Source: Promethearchaeota archaeon Loki_b32
GTDB lineage: Archaea > Asgardarchaeota > Lokiarchaeia > Sigyniarchaeales > SOKP01
Assembly (NCBI GenBank): GCA_005223125.1
Contig: NJBH01000006.1
Span: 97,507 to 161,506, forward strand
Direction of reading: 5' to 3'
DNA length: 64,000 nt
A model generated the notes under the pieces. It did no database searches. It worked only from the letters and a program-made list of their open reading frames with translations, and was not told the DNA's origin. Positions 1-7,751 of the stretch are shown here, piece by piece; within the stretch, counting starts at the first letter, position 1, and each line of letters opens with the position of its first letter. Position numbers and translations under genes: made by a program.

Positions 1-282
1 ATTAATATTAGAAGGATTCTTTTTTATATAGTTATAAATCTCATTTCGTTTTGGATGTTCAATAATATTATTTTTCATTAATCTTGTTCCTGGGATAATA
101 ACACGTTTTTTTATTAAATCTTTTAAAATTAATTCAATTCTATTCTCATTTATATTTGGATTATATCTAACTCTATTATTTATATACGATATGATTTCTT
201 TGATTGAAAAGAACGTTTTTTTTGTTAAATACTCTTTTACTAATTCAAGAACGACAGATTTTGCATTATCCAGAGAACTCAT
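1..282 (-). CDS. Winged helix-turn-helix protein, 3' end runs off the window
   Basis: Not in the ORF track. ATG at 282-280 opens an uninterrupted frame MSSLDNAKSVVLELVKEYLTKKTFFSIKEII...IIPGTRLMKNNIIEHPKRNEIYNYIKKNP. The R-x-x-I-Y-x-Y-I-x-x-N-P segment is typical of the start of an archaeal wHTH domain. Confidence 0.65.
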   Translation of the reverse strand, partial: MSSLDNAKSVVLELVKEYLTKKTFFSIKEIISYINNRVRYNPNINENRIELILKDLIKKRVIIPGTRLMKNNIIEHPKRNEIYNYIKKNPSNIN

Positions 283-549
283 GAGCCTATACTTGTATTA
301 TGTTGATTTTTCTTGTTAAGTAATTATATATTCTCTCTAAAACAACATTTTTTGATTAATATATATTAATAGGCATTCATACAATTTATAATATAATTTC
401 TAAAGAATCCTAATTTGCTCCTTCTCTTATTTTTGATAAAACCATTAAAAACTTCAAAATCATTCCAAAGGGTTTTATTATATCTTTTTAATGCGATTTT
501 ATTAAGTTTACAAAAATAAAAAAATAAAAAAAAAAAGGATGTGTAATAA

Positions 550-885
550 ATGAGTTTTGAAAATGAATTTGATGAGGATTTAGTTGGGAAGGAGCCTGTA
601 AAATCTAAAACTCCCGCATCTAAAACCCCTTCAACAGGAAAGAAATTGACTTTGTATTTCATGTCTACTATTGGACCCGGTGAAAAGAAGGAAAAATTAA
701 CAGTAAATAACAATAATCGTGTGAGTGATATTAAACAAACACTTGGAAATTTATTTGGACTTAATCCAAACGATTTTCATTTATCATCTGGAGGTATTAC
801 AATGGATGAAAATAGCTACTTAAACGATTATAGTGTAAGTGATGGCGATGATATTCTTTTGATCCCTGCGAGTACTGCGGGGTAA
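550..885 (+). CDS. Ubiquitin-like (beta-grasp) modifier with N-terminal extension and C-terminal -STAG
   Basis: Residues ~32-111 align by eye with ubiquitin (RVSDIKQTL ~ TIENVKAKI; LSSGGITMDENSYLNDYSV ~ LIFAGKQLEDGRTLSDYNI). Ends in Gly. First gene of an E1-E2-JAMM cluster. Confidence 0.85.
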   Translation: MSFENEFDEDLVGKEPVKSKTPASKTPSTGKKLTLYFMSTIGPGEKKEKLTVNNNNRVSDIKQTLGNLFGLNPNDFHLSSGGITMDENSYLNDYSVSDGDDILLIPASTAG

Positions 886-917
886 ACTTATATAATTTTC
901 TTCATAAACTATAATAT

Positions 918-952
918 AAGGGCGCTAAGCCCTTTAATTTTTTTTATTTTTT
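918..952 (+). terminator. Stem-loop plus T-tract between the Ubl and E1 genes
   Basis: AAGGGC(918-923)-GCTAA-GCCCTT(929-934), followed by TAATTTTTTTTATTTTTT. Confidence 0.55.
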
Positions 953-976
953 TAATAATTATAATTGGTGATTATA

Positions 977-2200
977 TTGGGAAAGAGTTCAGATTTTTTT
1001 AGTAGAGGCCTGACATCGGAAGAGAGAAATTTATACGACCGCCAATTTAGGCTTGAGGGATGGTCTCAGAAACTAGTAAAAAACACTCGAGTTTTGATAG
1101 TTGGAGTTGGGGGATTAGGTTGCGAAATCGCAAAAAATCTGGCAATGTTAGGAATAGGACATTTAGATTTAGTAGATTTAGATATTATTGAACATTCAAA
1201 CTTAAATCGCCAAATTTTATTTACGGGTGCTAAATTGGGGGAACCTAAAGCAATCGTGGCGGCAAAAAAATTAACTGAAATAAATCCAAATATTAATGTA
1301 AATGGTTATCATACTTCCTTAGAGCGCCTAGATCCTGCAATATATAGAGCTGCTGACGTTATTATTGGAGGTCTTGACTCCATGAACGCTCGATTGAATT
1401 TAAACGCTCAATGTGTAAGATTTAGGAAACCACTAGTAGATGGAGGTGTGTCAGGTTATCATGGTCATGTCTACACGATTTTTCCATTCAAAAATGCATG
1501 TTATGAATGTAACCCGCTCCCTATAGCTGAAAGTGATGAGATGGCTGCATGTACTGTAGTAGGAATACCAAGAAAGAGGATTCACTGCATTTTTAAAGGA
1601 GATATGGCCTTTAAAGAAAAATTCGATAGGGATCCTAATCCAAAAAGTGTTGTTGATATTAAATTCATTCAAAAAGTTGCTAATGAATTAGTAAATAAAC
1701 ATAATTTTCTCCCGGAATATACTCAAGATGATATTGTAAAGATTATCGATAGACATGATCCAGGAATAATTACCATAAATGCTGTCATTTCAGCATTACA
1801 ATCTCATGAAGCTATAAAAATCCTTCATTGGAAAAAAGGACATATAGGTTTAGGTGAACCAATAAAAACCTATGTTATTTTCAATGCAATGACAATGATG
1901 TTTTATCATATTGAAAAAAAAAGAAATCCAGAATGTTCCCAATGTGGAAAAAAAGTTCGAAGATTTGTCGTGAAATTAAGAGCACGTTCTCCATGTATTA
2001 ATATAATCAAAGTATTAGAAAAACATGGTTTTAAGTTAGATCCTGATCTCGAACCCGTAATAACATTATTGGATTTTAATGATATTAAGATGATTGATCT
2101 AGAACAGAATCCAATTGAAAATGGTTTAAGAAATTACGAATTTATGACTGCTGCAGGGTTTAAAGATGGAGAAATTTTTGTAACCTTAAAATTAAAATAA
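977..2200 (+). CDS. Ubiquitin-like activating enzyme E1 (ThiF family, UBA3/SAE2-like)
   Basis: YDRQ, GVGGLGCE, SNLNRQ, GLDSMNAR, CYEC and CSQC zinc pairs, catalytic-Cys segment AACTVVGIPRKRIHCI. TTG at 977 follows a GGTGA SD (track start 965). Confidence 0.93.
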   Translation: MGKSSDFFSRGLTSEERNLYDRQFRLEGWSQKLVKNTRVLIVGVGGLGCEIAKNLAMLGIGHLDLVDLDIIEHSNLNRQILFTGAKLGEPKAIVAAKKLTEINPNINVNGYHTSLERLDPAIYRAADVIIGGLDSMNARLNLNAQCVRFRKPLVDGGVSGYHGHVYTIFPFKNACYECNPLPIAESDEMAACTVVGIPRKRIHCIFKGDMAFKEKFDRDPNPKSVVDIKFIQKVANELVNKHNFLPEYTQDDIVKIIDRHDPGIITINAVISALQSHEAIKILHWKKGHIGLGEPIKTYVIFNAMTMMFYHIEKKRNPECSQCGKKVRRFVVKLRARSPCINIIKVLEKHGFKLDPDLEPVITLLDFNDIKMIDLEQNPIENGLRNYEFMTAAGFKDGEIFVTLKLK

Positions 2201-2282
2201 AAAATTAATCTAAAAATGTTTTAAATAAAAAAGATTAATTGAAAAAAAATATTAATTATAATAAAAAAAAAGGGTTGAGAAT

Positions 2283-2810
2283 ATGAGTATAAGAAGTAGT
2301 AGAATCTCGCAAGATTTTGCGGGATTAAAAAAATTGTATAAACAAGGAACTATTATTCAGTTAAAACCATTTAATCCAAAAAGAAAGAGTATTGATCATT
2401 TAGCAATTACTATTAAAGGACCTAAAGGTACTGTTTATGCAGGTGGTCTTTTTAAATTAGAAATGAAATTCCCTGCTCAGTATCCTAGACAACCACCTTT
2501 TGTAAGACTGCATACTCCAATCTGGCATCCAAATTTTTGGGCAAAACCAAGTGAATATAAAGGACAAAGAAATATTTGTTTAGCATTAGTAGATCCCTCC
2601 CTAACTGGTAAAAGAGGAGGGTGGAGTCCATCAAAAACAGCGGTTACCGTTGTTCAAGCAATAATTGCTATGTTAAACACACGAGGTAAATATGTAAATC
2701 CTACCGATGTTTTTAATAAAAAAGCTGCGATAGAGATGATGAAAAATCAGAAGTTTTTTGAGAAAAAAGTGAAGAATCTCGTGAAAAAGTATGCAAATAA
2801 AAAATGGTGA
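2283..2810 (+). CDS. Ubiquitin-conjugating enzyme E2 (UBC fold)
   Basis: GPKGTVYAGGLFKL, FPAQYPRQPP, HPN motif, catalytic Cys in NICL, WSP motif. Confidence 0.95.
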   Translation: MSIRSSRISQDFAGLKKLYKQGTIIQLKPFNPKRKSIDHLAITIKGPKGTVYAGGLFKLEMKFPAQYPRQPPFVRLHTPIWHPNFWAKPSEYKGQRNICLALVDPSLTGKRGGWSPSKTAVTVVQAIIAMLNTRGKYVNPTDVFNKKAAIEMMKNQKFFEKKVKNLVKKYANKKW

Positions 2811-2818
2811 TTACTTTA

Positions 2819-3631
2819 ATGGAGAATAAAGAATTAGCCAATAGTTCAATCAAAGACGTAATTAAAAAGAAGATAAAAGAAAAAATAAAACAAGAATTAC
2901 TAGATGAAATATGTGAAGAACTTAAATTAGAGGAAGAAGAATTAACAGAAGAGATTTGTTCAATGCTTACTAAAAAAACCTCTGCCAAACCAATAATAAA
3001 ACTTTCTAAGATACCTACCGTCAAAATAGAAGAGAAAAAGCATGTTGAAATACAAATAGAAGAGGAAATACAAAAAGAAGTTTATATTTCAGTAAAAAGT
3101 ATACTTAAAATAGCAAGTCATGCGCTTAAATATGCAAATTCTAAGATTCGAAGAGAGAATTGGGTGGAAGTTATTGGGCTTCTAGCAGGAAAATTAGATA
3201 AAAACGAAATACTCCATATTGAAGATGCTTACCCAATGGGGCATGGAACGGCTGTATATGCCGAAATTAAAGATTATAAGAATTATGTGAGGGCATTTAA
3301 AGATATTAAAAAACAGAGATTATTTATATGTGGATGGTATCATAGTCATCCTTCATATGGTCTTTTTATGAGTAATGAAGATATGGGCACTCAAGCAAGA
3401 TATCAAACACTTTGGGATAAAGCAGTTGCTCTTGTTGTTGATCCATACCTAATTGACGGTACTTCACCAGGCTTTGAGATTTATAGCGCTAATTTGAAAT
3501 CAAAAACATGGTATCCATTATTATACGGGATTAAAGGGTCATTAGATGTAAGAATGTTACCTGAAATATTGAAATTTATGCATCCCCTCATTGAAGGAAA
3601 GCCAGTATATCTTGAATATGATGAAGATTAA
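2819..3631 (+). CDS. JAMM/MPN+ metallo-isopeptidase (Rpn11/CSN5-like) with charged N-terminal extension
   Basis: EVIGLLAG, GWYHSHPSYGLFMSNED (H-x-H-x7-S-x2-D), AVALVVDP. ATG at 2819 follows GGTGA (track start 2804). Confidence 0.92.
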   Translation: MENKELANSSIKDVIKKKIKEKIKQELLDEICEELKLEEEELTEEICSMLTKKTSAKPIIKLSKIPTVKIEEKKHVEIQIEEEIQKEVYISVKSILKIASHALKYANSKIRRENWVEVIGLLAGKLDKNEILHIEDAYPMGHGTAVYAEIKDYKNYVRAFKDIKKQRLFICGWYHSHPSYGLFMSNEDMGTQARYQTLWDKAVALVVDPYLIDGTSPGFEIYSANLKSKTWYPLLYGIKGSLDVRMLPEILKFMHPLIEGKPVYLEYDED

Positions 3632-3659
3632 AACAGAAGAATTTTGGTGATTTTAGACT

Positions 3660-4850
3660 ATGGCAAAATTTAAATCGGTAGTAATTTTTCTAGCGATATT
3701 TTGCTTAATTGGTATAATCCATGGTGCTCTTCTAAATTCAATTAATGTTTTTGTAACTTGGTTGTTAATTGGAATTTGGTTAATTTATTCTTTCAAAGTT
3801 CTAAAAAATATCAAACAATATCGTGAATTTAATTCTCCTCATAATACTGCTTTTTTTACCATTGGTCCTGTTTTAATGGGAATTTTTTATTCAGTGTGGA
3901 GTAATTTCACAGGTTTATTAGGAGAAAATCTTTTAGAAAGTACAGATTTATATTTAAGTTGGTGGAGTATACTATTTGGATTTCCCTATATATTATATGG
4001 TTCGATTTCTTTATACCGTTGTTTTAAAAAGTATAATGTAATACATTTTAGAAGGAAATCAATAAAAGCACGCACATTTGGTTTTATTTTAGGAATCTCC
4101 ATTCTCCTGTTTATAATTATATACTGGATAAGTTTTTATTCAATTATAGACTTTTATGAATCTTTAATAACACCTCTCCATTTTTTAATAGATCTCAATC
4201 TATTAATATTACTTATCAGTACTATACTACTATTAATAGTCCCTGGCTTGTTTGGTGCTCAAACTCCATTACCTCAACTAACTAGAGATTACATAGCAAG
4301 ACGTACAAGCAGATTAAACAATTTAACATCACCCACCCCTAATCGACAAAGACAAACTGTTCGTACTACAACTAGATCATCTCCAACACCTTCAACAAGA
4401 ACAGTTGCTCGCACAACAAGATCAGTTTCTCGTTCTGCAAGATCAACGCCTACAACAAATAGATATTCTACAAGCTCTAGAGAAAAAAAAACTACTCAAA
4501 CTGTAGGCAGAAGAGCAACAGGACCAGTGCGAAGAAAAAAAACTGTTACAAAAATAAGCAATTTCAATTTATATAAACCAAAAGCAGCACGTCTTTCAAC
4601 AGAGGATTTTAAATGTATTTTTTGTTTTAAGTTACCAGAATATCCTAAAGATAATGGTAGAGGAATAATATTGTGTCCAAAATGTAAATACCCCGCTCAT
4701 GCTGACGAATTTAAAGATTGGCTTCAAAGTTCTAACCTATGTTCTCGGTGTAATACACCAATTCCCTCAAGCTTTAGAAGAAATCCTAAAACCATAAGTG
4801 TAAAAAATTATATAATCGTCATTAAGCATTTTGTAAGTAATAGGAGATGA
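3660..4850 (+). CDS. Polytopic membrane protein with C-terminal RING-variant zinc finger, candidate E3 ligase
   Basis: About 6 hydrophobic segments in residues 1-200, an R/T/S-rich linker, then CIFC-x16-CPKC-x4-H-x2-E-x3-W-x6-CSRC. GGTGA SD. Last gene of the Ubl operon. Confidence 0.7.
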   Translation: MAKFKSVVIFLAIFCLIGIIHGALLNSINVFVTWLLIGIWLIYSFKVLKNIKQYREFNSPHNTAFFTIGPVLMGIFYSVWSNFTGLLGENLLESTDLYLSWWSILFGFPYILYGSISLYRCFKKYNVIHFRRKSIKARTFGFILGISILLFIIIYWISFYSIIDFYESLITPLHFLIDLNLLILLISTILLLIVPGLFGAQTPLPQLTRDYIARRTSRLNNLTSPTPNRQRQTVRTTTRSSPTPSTRTVARTTRSVSRSARSTPTTNRYSTSSREKKTTQTVGRRATGPVRRKKTVTKISNFNLYKPKAARLSTEDFKCIFCFKLPEYPKDNGRGIILCPKCKYPAHADEFKDWLQSSNLCSRCNTPIPSSFRRNPKTISVKNYIIVIKHFVSNRR

Positions 4851-4883
4851 AATAGGAAAAAGGATTTAAATATATTATTTTTT

Positions 4884-5819
4884 TTATTTTAACTTTTGTT
4901 TTAACGCCCCAATAGTAGTTTTTAATTCAGCATAAACATTAAAAATATGAATTGATTCAAAACTTTCAATTTTAAATTTGATTTCGAAATTATCTTCAAT
5001 GTTAGGAAAATCTCTTAACATGAAGTTTTTTGCCATTTCTCTAATCACATCTTCTGAAAATAACGGTTTTAGATGAGCGCTTCTTACTAATTCAGCTTCT
5101 TCAGGTCTTTTTAACACAGATTGTATTTTCCCACTCATTGAGTCTTCTATTACTTCAATAATATCTAAAACATCAATTTTATGGCCTGTTAAATCCTTTA
5201 TTTGGACAATTATTGATCCAATAGATCTTTGATTATGTGAGGAAAAAGGAAGTATATTTATTAATTTCTTAAGATCTTCTTCGCTAACATTTATATCTTT
5301 TCTTGTTTTAATTATTTCTTCGGCATATTCTTGAGACATTTCTTTAGCACAGGGACATACAGTTATCCCGACTGCGCTCGCACCCACAAAATAGTTAAAA
5401 TCAATCTTTCCAGCTTCATCTCTTTTAGCTCTTACAAAAGAACTAATATTATAAGATTTTTGGATATTTCTGGAATTATTTTCTCTTACCTGAACAATTA
5501 TTTTTCCTTCTAATTTAACTTCCGCTTTTGATGAATATGGATGTCTTTCTAAGAGTTTTTTAACGATTCTATCACCTACTAATTCAATTGTAGGCGTTGG
5601 TTTGTAAATTACTTCATTTATAACTTCCTCTATTGTTTCAGAAGTACGCGACATATGTATTCCACGCTGTTTTGCGGGAAGATTAATCAGTGCTGAGATC
5701 GTGGGGTAAAATGAGTATTTTTTATTTTCTTGTACGATTTCAACTTTTTTCTCTAGTTCTACTATTCCAACTTTATCAATTGCAATGTCAATTGCTGAAC
5801 CGGAATCCTGTAAATCCAT
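4884..5819 (-). CDS. mptA: GTP cyclohydrolase IV (FolE2/MptA family)
   Basis: RGIHMSR, TVCPC, SHNQR, LKRPEE, ESIH motifs. Confidence 0.9.
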   Translation of the reverse strand: MDLQDSGSAIDIAIDKVGIVELEKKVEIVQENKKYSFYPTISALINLPAKQRGIHMSRTSETIEEVINEVIYKPTPTIELVGDRIVKKLLERHPYSSKAEVKLEGKIIVQVRENNSRNIQKSYNISSFVRAKRDEAGKIDFNYFVGASAVGITVCPCAKEMSQEYAEEIIKTRKDINVSEEDLKKLINILPFSSHNQRSIGSIIVQIKDLTGHKIDVLDIIEVIEDSMSGKIQSVLKRPEEAELVRSAHLKPLFSEDVIREMAKNFMLRDFPNIEDNFEIKFKIESFESIHIFNVYAELKTTIGALKQKLK

Positions 5820-5929
5820 TTTAAACTCGTGAATTTTAAATCACCAGAATTAAAAAATAATTTTATTTTGTTCTATTCATAAAGAAGATTAGATAAAATA
5901 TAAAATAATTTGAATTTTTCAAGAACTAA

Positions 5930-7099
5930 ATGCCTAATAAAAGTATTTTCAGCAAATTTGCATTAATAGGAGAAGATTTAGAACTTAAGCAAGATGTTTT
6001 ATTAGAAATCGATGAAGAAGGAAAGATAATTAACATCACAGATAATAATCCAGATATACACATCGAAATTTTTAAAAACGGTCAAAATTATTTGCTAATA
6101 CCAGGCTTTATTAATTCTCATACACATATAGGTGATAATTTTGCGAAAGAAGTTGGTTTTAATAAAGATTTGGTGGAGGTAGTTGCCCCACCATTTGGTC
6201 TTAAACATAAATTATTAAGACAAATCCCTGAACACATTAAAATTAAAGGAATTCAAAACGCAGTTTTAGAAATGCTTTCAAATGGTATTATATTTTTCAT
6301 TGATTTTAGAGAGGGAGGTATTGAAGGTGTAAATCTTCTAAAAAAAGCACTTATTAAGAGTCCAATTAACTATATAATCTTAGGGCGATTTATGGATGAA
6401 AGTGAAATAGATTCTTATTTTGATTTAGCAGATGGAGTTGGATTATCTAGTTATAAACAAATTACTTCATCAAATGAAAAATATATTATAGCAGCCAAAC
6501 AGAAATATAAAAAAATCATTGCTTGTCATTGTGCTGAAAAAACTCGCATTGATCTTTTAATAAATAAAATGTTTAATGAGAATCTTGTTGATGTCATCGT
6601 TCATGGTACTAAATTTATCAAAAAAGATTTAGAAAAATTGATAGAAAATAAAAAATCTCTTGTTTTATGTCCTCGTTGTAATGGATATTTTGGAACTGGA
6701 TTTCCACCCATTAATGAAATTATAAAATTAGGAATTCCCTTATCATTAGGAACAGATAATTTAATGGTAAATAATCCCGATTTATTTGAAGAAATACGAT
6801 ATTTTTATCGGATTTCGAGAGTATTATGTAGTTATGATAAAGAACTTCAGTTTACTTCTAAAGATTTATTGAAAATGGTAACAATAAACGCCGCAAAAAA
6901 TTTTAATCTTGAAAATGAGTTTGGTTCAATTTCAAAAGGAAAATTTGCTGATCTTTTTATAGTCGATCTCAATTGTCCAAATCTTTTTTCTTCTATATTA
7001 GATTCTAATAATATATATAATTTAATTACTCAAAGAGTAAAATCAGAAAATATAATTAAGACCTATATTAAAGGAGAATTAGTGTTTGAAAGAAAGTAA
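5930..7099 (+). CDS. Metal-dependent amidohydrolase (deaminase-like)
   Basis: PGFINSHTHIGD, HCAE, VHG, LGTD, TINAA, GKFADL. Confidence 0.85.
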   Translation: MPNKSIFSKFALIGEDLELKQDVLLEIDEEGKIINITDNNPDIHIEIFKNGQNYLLIPGFINSHTHIGDNFAKEVGFNKDLVEVVAPPFGLKHKLLRQIPEHIKIKGIQNAVLEMLSNGIIFFIDFREGGIEGVNLLKKALIKSPINYIILGRFMDESEIDSYFDLADGVGLSSYKQITSSNEKYIIAAKQKYKKIIACHCAEKTRIDLLINKMFNENLVDVIVHGTKFIKKDLEKLIENKKSLVLCPRCNGYFGTGFPPINEIIKLGIPLSLGTDNLMVNNPDLFEEIRYFYRISRVLCSYDKELQFTSKDLLKMVTINAAKNFNLENEFGSISKGKFADLFIVDLNCPNLFSSILDSNNIYNLITQRVKSENIIKTYIKGELVFERK

Positions 7100-7751
7100 C
7101 AAGCCCTATGTCATTTTAAGCGCTGCAATGACTATTGATGGTAAAATCGCCACTAAGAAGGGCGATTCAGAATTATCCGATAAAGCGGATTGGAAAGAAG
7201 TACATAAACTCCGAACTCAAGTTGATGCTATAATGGTAGGTAAGGGGACTATTTTAAAAGACAATCCAAAATTGCATATTAAATATTATAATCATCGAGG
7301 ATATTATAGACTTGTTCTAGACAGTAATTTAACGATTCCATTAGATTCCAATGTCATATCTTTTCAACAAGAAATTTATCCTACAATTATTTGTACCACT
7401 GAAAATGTACCATTGGATAAAATAAAAAAGTATGAAGATAAAGGTGTTAAAATTATAAATGTTGGAGATGACAAACGCGTGAGTCTAATAAAACTTTTAC
7501 CTATCCTAAAAAATTTAGGAATAAATACCATATTACTGGAAGGTGGTGGCAATTTGAATTGGAGTTTTATAGAAAATAATTTAATTAATGAAATACGGTT
7601 AACTATAGCTCCCTGGATTGTTGGTGGAAAGGAAGCAACAAGCCTAGTAGAAGGAATAGGATTTGAAAAGATAGTAAGTGCACCTAGATTTGAGCTTTTT
7701 GATGTTAAAGTTAGAACTTATTACATTACTCTAAGATATAAAAGGAAGTAG
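7086..7751 (+). CDS. arfC: 2,5-diamino-6-ribosylamino-4(3H)-pyrimidinone 5'-phosphate reductase
   Basis: AAMTIDGKIAT, DAIMVGKGT..DNP, LLEGGG (RibD C-terminal domain). Context next to cofGH. Confidence 0.88.
   Translation: MKESNKPYVILSAAMTIDGKIATKKGDSELSDKADWKEVHKLRTQVDAIMVGKGTILKDNPKLHIKYYNHRGYYRLVLDSNLTIPLDSNVISFQQEIYPTIICTTENVPLDKIKKYEDKGVKIINVGDDKRVSLIKLLPILKNLGINTILLEGGGNLNWSFIENNLINEIRLTIAPWIVGGKEATSLVEGIGFEKIVSAPRFELFDVKVRTYYITLRYKRK

Noticed and set aside
355-370. Palindrome ATTAATATATATTAAT upstream of the Ubl operon
   Set aside because: It is all A/T in a very AT-rich spacer, so it is expected by chance.
366-713. 115-aa minus-strand ORF and the many other short antisense or alternate-frame ORFs in the track (e.g. 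1451-1672, 2713-3024, 10113-11410, 27142-27594, 46219-46662, 63024-63431)
   Set aside because: They shadow well-supported genes, have no motifs and show the composition expected of antisense frames.
550-2200. Interpretation as a ThiS/MoaD/SAMP sulfur-carrier system with MoeB
   Set aside because: An E2 and a RING-like gene are present, the E1 has a UBA3-type catalytic-Cys insert, and no thiamine or molybdopterin genes adjoin.
550-2810. Calling the cassette UFM1-UBA5-UFC1
   Set aside because: The single-Gly tail is suggestive, but the E2 has a canonical HPN motif (UFC1 has TAK) and the E1 resembles UBA3 rather than UBA5. No symbol assigned.
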